Shown here in pieces: positions 51,307 through 61,639 of a stretch of 64,000 nt of DNA. Positions within the stretch are counted from its first letter, which is position 1. Each line of letters begins with the position of its first letter. This DNA comes from Macrostomum lignano (lineage: Eukaryota): assembly GCA_002269645.1 (NCBI GenBank), contig NIVC01001075.1, positions 186,001 to 250,000 of the forward strand, in the 5' to 3' direction. The position numbers were made by a program, and so were the translations under genes. The notes beneath the pieces are model-generated. The model did not search any database and was not told the DNA's origin. It worked only from the letters and a program-made list of their open reading frames with translations.

Positions 51307-54300
51307 ATGGAACAAAGATTAACCCCAAATCAGATTCGACAACTACTTGCTAATGAGCGCGCACAGTTCAATCGATTACAAAGACAGATTGAACAAATCG
51401 AAATGCGCCAAAGAAACTTAGAAAGACAAAGACGAGATGAAGAAATACAAGCATTAGCAACTAATTTAAGAGCCGAATATGAAATGAAAAGATTAATAGA
51501 AAATGCACAATATGAAGCAAGAATAGCAGAGTTAGAAAAAAATCAAAAGAAAACCAGACGTCGAAAACCACGGAATCAATCACCTGAAAAATCACTAGAA
51601 GAGTTTATTCGAGTATATCGGTTTGAGCCAATGGAGAATGTATTAGATTTTATTGAAACACAACTCTCAAACGGATATAGTGTTGAAAATACTAATGCGA
51701 GAGTCCAATATTTCTATCGCAATAGCGGAGACGATCGAGAAGAAATTAATCAATACTTAGCAACGTTTTATAATATAAATCAGTTTCAAGCTTGGTTTAA
51801 ACATTTGGTTGAAAACTATGACATGAATCTAAGCGTGTTTTCGGGAAGACTCAAAATGACACCAAACATAATCACATTGAAACACGAAAGATCAAAGCAA
51901 GGTATGGGCACCAACGTCATGTGTGAAATTGCAGAGTACCAAGACGATTATTGTTATATACCTAGTGATGGAAATTGTTTCTATAAGTGTGTTCAATTTA
52001 TTTATGGTGATAACGCACCATCCAAAGAAGAATATGGAGCTTGGTTGTACGACTCAAGAACCCAAAGAGGTTTAATGACAAATTCAAGAATTGGAAAATT
52101 CAACGAACATTTTAATTTGAACATAGGTTTATATAATCCAAATAATCGCGGCATCGAACCAAAATCCCAAAGGCAAATAAAACACGATTGGTTATTGATA
52201 AATTATTATCACACGACAGATTATCATATTGGCCACTACTGTTTAATATCCAATTAACAAAGAGGAATCGGCCTCGAACGCATAAAAGAAAATTATAAAG
52301 TAACATTCAAAAACTCAACATCGGAAACAGTTAAAGAGATAAAAACGTTTAATACTCCAACAAATCCAAATAATGCTAATGTATTTATATTTGATTTTGA
52401 AACATATTTAAATGATAATCAACAAGCATGCCCCTATGCAGTTGGTCTTTCAAATTATTAAATCTTTTTTCAAAATTCCAACGAAAGCACAGAGACAATA
52501 AAGGCACTAACTAAGGTTTTGATTTCCGATCGAGGGTGTGATTTCAAAACAGATGGAGAGGGTTCGCAACCAAAGGTTGATTGCGTTAGAAAAATGTTTA
52601 AATACCTTGGTTCAATTATGTCAAAAAGATTGTTTTGATAGCACATAATTCATCTAGATTTGATTCATATATACCACTATTTTGCAATATAAAACCAACT
52701 AAATTCTTAAAACACCTAGAGGAATATTATCAATAACTTTAGTAAATGATTATACAACAAAAGAAGTATTATCGTTTATAAACAAAGATAAGAAGAAGAA
52801 TCAAAAGTATTCAAAACAAACAATTACAATGCTTTGTTTGTATCAACACGCATCAATGAGTTTAAAAAAAATTGTTCGTCAGTGACAATTAGAGAAGATT
52901 TGCGCAAGACCGAAATGGTTCATAATATTAGCGAGAGCGATTATTTAGAACGGATAGATGAATGGTATGAATATTTACAATTTGATCTTATTTCTCTATG
53001 TGCATGCATTCATAAGTATAATGAAATTGCATATTCAATTGGAGGAATGACAATGTTTGACACTCTTACATGTTCAAGTTTAACATTAAAATGTTGGTTT
53101 AAAGATTTTGTTAGAGTTGAAGACAAAATGAAGCAATACCTAAAGACAAAAGAAAAAACCAATTACATTAATAAAGTTGAACAAACAATTTCTCCGTTGA
53201 AAATTGAAGATTATTTTGACTTGACTTTTGAACTTGATACTTGAACTTGATATTTTGAAACATCAAAAAAGGAAATATCAAACTTTATTAAGAAAAGAAT
53301 TTTCAATTCACTCACACATAGACCCATATATAAGAAGGTTTTTGCGGGACGCAGTCAAAGGAGGCAGAGTATTTGCACTAACAAATAAATATGAATTAAA
53401 AGCGACTGTTTTCAAACAATTGTAGACATTGTAAAAGATCATTTAAAACACCAACCGCCGACCCATGCGAGGTTATATCAACCTATCTTAAATGTGATCT
53501 TAAATAAAAAAATAAAATAGCAATCAAACAAAAAATCAATTAGGTACGGTATCTGATTGTTTAATGAACTTTGATGGAGTTTCATTGTACCCATCTGCAA
53601 TGTCTGATAAAGATAGCGAATATCCAAGAGCAGAAAGTGCTAGAGTTTTTGATATAAGCGAAGAAAAAGATTCATTGGCACAATTGAACTCACAAACTTT
53701 TAGACCAAAAACAGAGGTTTTGAAGATTATGTATGAGAATCCTAACACTGTTTTTCTCCAACATCTACTATCTAAAGACAAAGAGAAATTTTATAATCCG
53801 GAAACAAAAGCAAATGAAAAAAAAACATTAAATAGATTTAGAAACGGAAAAGTAATTGACACCCTTTGCTCAGTAGACAGACAAGAAATTGTAAGAATGG
53901 GGGAAAGATATTAAAGATATATAGTGGAATCATGTATGAAAAAAATTACGACTTTTCGCTATTTCAGAATTATATTACAAATCTTTTTGAAATGCGTAAA
54001 ATATTTAAAAAAGTAAATAATGAGGCGGGTTCTGAATTATTAGAAACACTACTAAATTCTTTAAATGGTAAAACGGTTCAAAAGGCCATTACCTTCACAA
54101 CCCATCTTCGGAATTTGAATACCTTAAAAAAAGAATACGACGACACAATTAAGTCATATGAGAAAATATGTGATGACCTATTTTTTGTAGAAAAAAAGAA
54201 AGACACAGAAGAATATATAGAAGATGACGATAATCCAGCAATGGGTCTTTGCCCAGCACAATTAGGTATATTTATTTTGGCTCATTCAAGAAGAATTATG

Positions 54301-54898
54301 AATAATTTTATCACATAATTAACGGATCAAAGACTCCGCAAATTTATTATGGCGACACCGATTCTTTGTATATACACAAAAACATTGGGATACTTTGAAT
54401 ACAAATGGTCACGTCGGAAATAATTTAAGTCAAGGAAAAAACTACTATGGAGAAGGTGAAATTATTTTCAGATGTTTCATTGCCCCTAAAATTAAATATT
54501 GTCTTTTGTTGAAAGATGATTTTATAATGGAAGAGAAAAAACATATAAAGGTTGTGCAATGATAAAATTAATTTTGCATCTTTCAAAACTTTATATGATG
54601 GTCAATCAATAAAAGTAAATAATAATGCACCATGGAAACGATCGTTTGAAGGAGGGATAACAATTCCTCAAGGAGATAACGCAAGCATATAAAAAACATA
54701 TACGTCTACAGTTAACACATATAAAGAGAAAAACCTGATAAAAACGGCGTTATGAAACCTTTCTTTAAAAACTATTTTGACGACAAACCAGAACACGAAC
54801 AAACAATTGAATTTTATAATAATTTACTTTTTGACATCGATTATAATTGTTTTGAGTTGGATATTGATGAGCTAAACGCTATTACTTGTAAAAACTAG
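51307..54898 (+). pseudogene. polB: protein-primed family B DNA polymerase (terminal-protein region, vOTU, exonuclease, polymerase) with multiple stops/frameshifts
   Basis: vOTU IPSDGNCF (51958-51981) and GHY (52231); ExoI FDFET (~52390); ExoII AHNSSRFD (52641); ExoIII YLQFD; KGGRVF; motif A FDGVSLYPSAM (~53570); motif B LLNSLNGK (~54050); motif C YYGDTDSL (54345). Confidence 0.95.
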
Positions 54899-55439
54899 TC
54901 GAACAAAGTTCCCATGCCCATCAGGCATGTTATTTTTAAAAAAACAAAACATGTTATTCCTTAAGTAGAATATCCATTTCAATTTCATATTTAATGGAAC
55001 ACTAATTTTCCTCACAGTCAGAAGGATAACTTAAATATTCTTTTATTTTTTTCTAGGTATTTTTATTCTTTTTACAAGTCGATCTATTTCGTTTTCAATG
55101 ATCATTTCAGCATAATTAATGGCAGATTTAAGAAAACGTTTTCTTTTACCAAATTCATATCGAACGCTAAATAAGTCTTCATCATTATTTTTTTCTATTT
55201 TGATTATAATTCATTGCATGTATTTTGTTTAATTTATTATTCGTGAGAACACCAAGTCTATGAGACTAGGAAATATTCAAAGCGAAATGTTATTGAAAAA
55301 GTCATTAGAATTTTTATGTATTGATAAAAAATTTAAACCTCGAATCAAAAGACAATTACCATTATGGGAGGAATATATAACTTATGCAATAAATAAATTA
55401 CGGAATGTACAGTTCGACCGTTGAAGAAGTTGTTGGTTG

Positions 55440-55694
55440 TTAAACAGGCTGGTCGTCCCGAAGGGTCGCGTCTATAGTTTCTATTGGCGGAGGTTTGGGG
55501 ACGTCCAAACGCAATTCTGTCAATTCCATATCAGTAAAAGATTCAACATCCAAAATTCTATTTCTTTCATCTAAATACTTTTTATATAATTCAATGGCGG
55601 TTGGTAATTCATGTATTGTAATATCACTATCATCTAAAAAATTTTGAACATATAAATATAATTGATTTTTATATTGATTTGCAATGTTTCTCAA
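55440..55694 (-). CDS. hypothetical viral ORF, 84 aa
   Basis: Open frame inside the element; no motif recognised. Confidence 0.35.
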   Translation of the reverse strand: MRNIANQYKNQLYLYVQNFLDDSDITIHELPTAIELYKKYLDERNRILDVESFTDMELTELRLDVPKPPPIETIDATLRDDQPV

Positions 55695-56511
55695 AGATTT
55701 ATATTTTTCCTTTTTAAGATATAATTTGATAGCTAAAAGAATTGAAAGAAATTAAAATTGTAAATTGTAATTGTTAATTATAAATTGTTAATTGTAAATT
55801 AAAATTGTAAATTAAAAGAAATTTCTTATTAATTCAAAACTCGATATTGAACCAATTGCAATACCTAAAAATAATTGAGAGATACTAAGGATTGGAATCG
55901 ATTGAATTATACCCAAAACAATTACACATAACATTGATAAGCTTCCAAAACCAATATTAAAAAAAATCTATATTCCTAATATGATTTGAAATTCTAATTA
56001 CTTTTTTGTATATAAATCATAATCGCTAGTTATTCTTTTTACATTGCTTCTCATGCGCCCTTTACGTTGGTTAAATAAATCGCGTTCCTTTTTATCCGCT
56101 TCAGACACCGACATTGTCGTCTATTTTTAATAGCACCAAAATGAATTCCCCACGCTCTTTAGGAATTTGTCCAGAACTCAATAGATATTGGATTGGAGTA
56201 ATTCTTTCTTTTTTCTCCCATTTAAATGTAATCTTCCAAAATTCTTGAAGTATAATATGATTTTTTAACTAATTCTAATTTAGTTAAACTAATTTTTCTA
56301 ACTAACTAATTTCTCTAACTAATTTTTTAACTAATTTTTTTTAATTAATTCTTGAAGTCTCTTATTGTCTTAAACATTCACACCACTAAATAAAATTCTA
56401 GTATGAGATTTAAAAGTTTTTATATTTGATTCTTGTTTTGGAACCGGAATAACAATATTGTTCTGTCTAATTGATGAAGTTCTGCTAAAACCATTTTATA
56501 TACCAACATTT

Positions 56512-59259
56512 TTATATAGCTACAGGTGGCTCTTCAAGATATGCGCTAGCAGCAAAATTACATCCAGCAGATGTGCTACCACAAACGGCGGCGCAGCGAA
56601 TAAAATGTGCAGCATCCGCTCCTCCGGTTCTTGCTCCAAATCCCATAAGAGTTCCAGTTTTATCCAACTCTCCCCAATTTCCACTATCATATGTAAAAAA
56701 AAATTTGCCCAATTGGCGTATATGCTTTAGTTGAAACATTGAATGTGCTTAATTGATACCAAACTCTTTGATTTAAAATATTAATTTCAAATAGATGCCT
56801 ATCTCCATTATCAATATTAGCGTAGGTTACTGTTTGATCGGAGTCATTAAGAACATCAGCACGCGAGGATCCATCTGCTTTTTTAGAACTCCAAAGTAAG
56901 TCAAATCTATCATGCCACTCACTCGCAAATACAATTAATCCAGCATCAGTTGTTAATCCAGCCCCACTTTCAGTTGTTGGCCGTTCATGACAATATGCAT
57001 AAAACCAAACTGCGTCCGCTCCTGTTCCTGAGTGTCACGTTTTTGTAGTCGTTGTAGTCCCAAATTAATGGTGAAGTCAAACTCTTGCGGAGTGGGTTGT
57101 GTAGCGGAAGCACTTGGCGTATGATGGCAGAGGACTGCCGTAAACCGTTTATTGTCGTTATCAATATGGTTAATGTCAATACAAGAGTTATAGCGTTCTG
57201 GGGCACTGGCGGCTGCAACAACGGGTCGATGTAATTGAAGTTATGAAGTCAAGCAGATGATGGAGGATGATGGTGAAGCAAAGTAGCAAGTGATGGTGCT
57301 GAGTACGGTGGTGGCAGTGAGTAGCAAGTAGGCAAGTAGTGGCGTGATTGGGCGCTAGCCCGTGGCAGTACAAGGTGGAGCACGAATGCGTAAACAAGTC
57401 TGGCCCAGACAGGGTGGGGCCGTGGCGAGAGATAAGGAGAGACAAGCGAGAGGGAAAGAAGGAAAGGAAGGAAGGAGGAGGAGGAGCAAAACCCCCCAAC
57501 CCGCCGCCAGGCGGGGTTAATAAAGGAGCGCAGGAAGGTTAGCATAATAAATGCGGAGAGTTTTCATTGGCTGGCGGGGGAAAAGCGAGAACTGAAATTA
57601 TTGATCGCGCGAGACCCTACAGACGTACGCAAAGATTACCATGTACGCAATGATTAGCAATTGATACAGATTCGTTGGGCGCTACTACAAGTAAATGTGA
57701 GAATACACGATTGGAGAATATTAAATGAGAAATTGCAGTGAAATTGTAGTCCAACGGCCCTTTTGCGGGACCACCTTAAACTGACAACGTCACACTGAGG
57801 AATTAGCAACTTTGAAAAAGAATGATTCAGCAATATTTTTAAAATGTGTGAAATTAAATTGTAATGCCCCACTTACACCACCGGTTTTACGAGTAATTCT
57901 AGCTCCATTTTGATAATCAATATAAGAAGCATCTCCAATAAAAGACCCCGTTGGAAAAATATCACCAGCAGTTGTTGGATTTTGGTAACCAGTCCAATTA
58001 CAAATTACGGCTTCATATAACGCGGCATCAATCGCGGGAATACCATCCAATTAAATTTTATCATTAAAAGACATTATTCAATCTGCTGTTTGTGTTACGC
58101 GCGTATCTACATAATCTTTATTAACAACCGATCTGTTGTGATTTATAACTGAGATATTTGTAAGTGTATTACCACCCATGTCAATAGATTGATTAACTAC
58201 TCCTAAATTCAAATCAATAACTGTAAAAGTCTGTCGATAAATTTGGAATGTAAAAAGACCTGGATTTGTAGCACCTGAGGTTGAAGTATGACAAAATAAT
58301 CTGAAATATAAATATTCTTTATCAAAATTTTGAGTCACATTAAATGTTTGAGTTGAATTATTTAATGCAGTATTTTCCATTGGATTTAAAATATCCCAAC
58401 TTGTATTGTCATTACTCACTTCAAATCTCCACGACGCGGGGTTTTCGGTTGAGGGTGATGGCCTAACACACAAGTCAATCTTATAACACATTATCGCGGA
58501 TGGACATTGAACTTTAATCCAATAATCAGTTTGTGTTGCAGCAGTTGCCCAATCCGTTGCATCATCGCCATCAAACGCTTTCCAACTTGCAAAGGTGCTT
58601 GCAAGCATTAAATGCCGTGCTTGCTGTAATCGCAAAACCATTTCCACTCCAATCTGACATTGTTGGTATATGTCCAGTTTCAACAGTTTGGAATATATTT
58701 TGTTTAGGGTTTCCACCATTTAATAAATTATCAACTTCTGTTTTAGTATAGGAATCAGCAATGTTTATTTTTAAATTTAATGAATTATCAACTTCTGTTT
58801 TTGTATAGGAATCAGCAATATTTCTTTTTAAATTTAATGAATTATCAACTTCTGTTTTAGTATAGGAATCAGCAATATTTCTTTTTAAATTTAAGGAATT
58901 ATCTATTTGCGTTCGAGAATAGGAATCGGTTATATCTCTTTTTAAATTCAAGGAATTATCTATTTCAGTTCGAGAATAAGAATCAGTTATATCTCTTTTT
59001 AAATTAACAGCAGAATCAACTTCAGCTTGACTGTAAGAATCTAATATATTGCATTTTAAATTTAATGAATCATCAATTTGAGTTTGGTTAATTTGGGTTT
59101 TAGTATATGAATCTGCTATATTCCGTTTTAAATTTAATTTAGTATCTATTTCACTTTTTTATACCTTTCATGGAAAGCAAACGAAACATTAATGCCAGTT
59201 GATTCCCCACCACCAGTTCTTGCAGTTCCATTCCATGAGGGTGTTCCAGTAACTAACAT
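56512..59259 (-). pseudogene. putative fibre/receptor-binding protein: 19-aa YTKTEVDNSLNLKRNIADS repeats, F5/8-type-C (discoidin)-like domain, MGG.TLTN...KDYVD motif, L-type-lectin-like domain
   Basis: 57-bp repeats at 58720-59150; WKAFDG...WAT...WIKV...SWRFEVSND..SW (ORF 58078-58719); ARITRKTG...FFFKV..SSGTGADAVWF...IDNGDRH after removing the solo LTR. May be two adjacent genes. Confidence 0.7.
57033..57794. mobile_element. solo LTR, 762 bp, 5-bp TSD CTGAG
   Basis: CTGAG|TGTCACG...CGTCACA|CTGAG. Removing it restores ANSS-GTGADAVWF in the lectin-like frame. Confidence 0.88.
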
Positions 59260-59284
59260 TTTTAGAGTCTATTTTTACAATTTT

Positions 59285-60108
59285 AAAATGAATCTAAAAT
59301 CTTCTTAAAAGCTTCGGGTGATTGAGTTAGCGATTTCAGTGCTGGGGTACTGGCGCTGTAATCGCGTTTAGCTGACAGGGCGGTCGCCTTTGTGCGTGCT
59401 TGCGCGGGCTGTTCTTTGTGCCGGCGTGTGGGGGGTGGGGGTGCGCAGGGTGTTGGGGCGGTTGGCTTTTTGGCGGTTGGCCTTTTATGTGCGTGCGCGA
59501 TGTTCTGTTCAGCGCATTTGCCCTCGCAATTTTTTTTCTGCTTTTCCTTGCTTTTTCTTTTATCCTATGATTTTGGTTCTCCTGTTTTACTCAGCAATTG
59601 TGTTTCTCTTAAGCTTCGATACTATCGAAATATACTTGTAATTGCTAGCGGGCTCGCTTCGCCTGCCCTTCGTCGTCCTCGCCACCCCCGCGCCTTCCGT
59701 CTTTGTCCTGTTAGCTAATTAGAATTATTAATTCGATACCAAAAAATACAGCGCCGCCTGTCCACAATAACTTGTATCAAAGGTTTGAAACTGTTCGTGA
59801 TAATCTCCACAAAAAACGATTTTTGGTATGATTAAATTTGTCTTTTATTTCCTGCAATGGAGGTAATGCATACGAATAAAAAATATAACAAGTTTTGGTT
59901 TTGAATAAACTGCTGACCAATGTACGCCGTTTTCTTTAGTCGTTTCAATATTGACAATGAATGATCCAAATTGTGGTAAATCTTTTATTTTATCGCGCAT
60001 AACACATCTGAATGGTTTTATTTTTAATTGACGCGCCCAATTTGTTAATTCTATATTATTTGTTGTGCCGGTTCCATATCTTTGTTTGAAAGTATTCCAA
60101 TCGGTCAT
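59285..60108 (-). pseudogene. adenain-like cysteine protease, interrupted by a solo LTR
   Basis: FIVNIE...GVHWSAV (catalytic His), F(D)SY.LPP, FQTFDTSYCG (Gln and catalytic Cys); frameshifted. Confidence 0.88.
59357..59750. mobile_element. solo LTR, 394 bp, 4-bp TSD GCGC
   Basis: GCGC|TGTAATC...AAATACA|GCGC; a GC-rich island in the AT-rich adenain gene. Confidence 0.85.
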
Positions 60109-60292
60109 TTTATGTTGCCGAAAAACTTTTTGTTTTTGGTAAGTTTATTAGTTGGCGGTTTTAATAGTTCCTTTCTGGTTTTTTCTGCTTGAAGCTGTCA
60201 TAATTTGGTTAATCCCGTTTCATAAATATTATTTGCTTTTTGAACTGTTTCTGTTTGTTTTTTTATATTATTATTGCCCATTTTTAACCTAA

Positions 60293-61078
60293 TTAAACTT
60301 GTTTTATTCTTAAAATTATTGTTATTGCTTGACCGCCAAAACTAGTTAATCTATCTGAATCATCTACAACTCGTATATAAATAGATTGTAAATGATATTG
60401 ATTCAAAGGATAATAAATTGGGGTTTGGGGTGCAACTATCATTTTATCTCCAATTGGCACCGCCAGAAAGGGAATTGAATAAATGATTCCACACTGAACC
60501 AAAAATCCATTATCGTCCGTTATATATCCACCGTTTGAAATATCCGTGGTAATATTTATTGTATTAACTCCGCCTTCAATGTTTCCTACGGTATCACCCG
60601 TGCTTGACGTGGTAACAATTCTTGAATTAAATCCTAAAATAGTTCTAAATGAATTTGCAATTGTAAAATAAACTTGATATCCTGCCGCTAATGTCAATGT
60701 GAATCTTCCTGATGGTAAATCAACTCCTATAACAATTGCATCCGTTACCTAATCTCCATTTGCTGTTAAATCGGTCTGTATTACAGTGTTCAAATCAGTA
60801 TAATTATATGCTCCTGGAGTTATGGTAATTGTTGTCCAATTTGCTTCAGAATCTTTAGAATATCTAAATTGATTATTTGTTGCATTAATTAATTGTGGTA
60901 TATTGAAAACTGAAAACATAATTAAACCAACTTGATAACTTAAACTTTGATCTAGACTTAATGGATCACGCAATTGAATCCTTTGCTCGCTGGTTGTCAT
61001 TACAAATTGTAATGTCGGGCTAAATTTTGAACTGGTTCTATCAACCAGTTGTTTTATTGTGTCTAAGTTTGCTGCCAT
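60293..61078 (-). pseudogene. minor capsid protein (penton, single jelly-roll), one in-frame stop
   Basis: ITITPGAYNYTDLNTVI, TILGF, P..PIYYPL...SIYIRVVDD..RL..FGGQAITIILRI match the Maverick/PLV penton pattern; ORFs 60749-61078 and 60293-60697 share a frame. Confidence 0.85.
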
Positions 61079-61093
61079 TTTATAGTGTTAAAA

Positions 61094-61639
61094 TCAGTCC
61101 TCTTCCTCTTCGTTATCTTCTTTTATTAGTTTTGTTATAATTCTATTTCTACTTTCTAATCTTGGGTTAATAAACATATGTTTGTACCGACTTTCTTCCC
61201 AAATGTTTCTACACATATTTTTGAATGATTTTGAATCCAATCCGGGATTAAATCTCCTTTGAATATTTTGTAAATCATAATCATCTAAATCAAACATTAC
61301 ACAACAACTTGCATTCTTTTTTTATAATTGTATCTAATTCTCTAAATGATTGAGTAAGGAAAAATGCGCCAATTCCATCTCCTCTACCGCTAACAAAATT
61401 TCTTTTTGCAATTCTTGATTACCATCATTATCACAATCATCAAATACAATAAGTGTTTTATCATCTTTTGGAATTTGATCATATATTTGTTTTTTGATAT
61501 TTGAATTGTTGGGGCGTTGTTGGCAATGTTTTCTGGATGTTGGGCGGTTGTTCTAACCAAATCCTTTATGTCATTAAGTGTGAATCGCGGTTCATCATCA
61601 TCCTCATATTGCTCATATGATCTTCTAAACGAGATATAT
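61094..61639 (-). pseudogene. packaging ATPase, C-terminal half
   Basis: ISFRRSYEQ...KTLIVFDD (Walker B), FVSGRGDGIGAFFLTQSF...IKKNA (A32 motif), HMFINP. Confidence 0.9.

Larger units (their letters stand above)
49282..61639. mobile_element. Maverick/Polinton endogenous virus, right part (inverted relative to the left part)
   Basis: Starts with the canonical AGTAGT terminus; carries pPolB, fibre, adenain, penton and the Walker-B half of the ATPase. Confidence 0.93.

Noticed and set aside
61566-61639. Last 24 codons of the supplied 783-aa Gypsy ORF
   Set aside because: This stretch is Maverick ATPase DNA read out of frame; Gypsy sequence stops at 61640.
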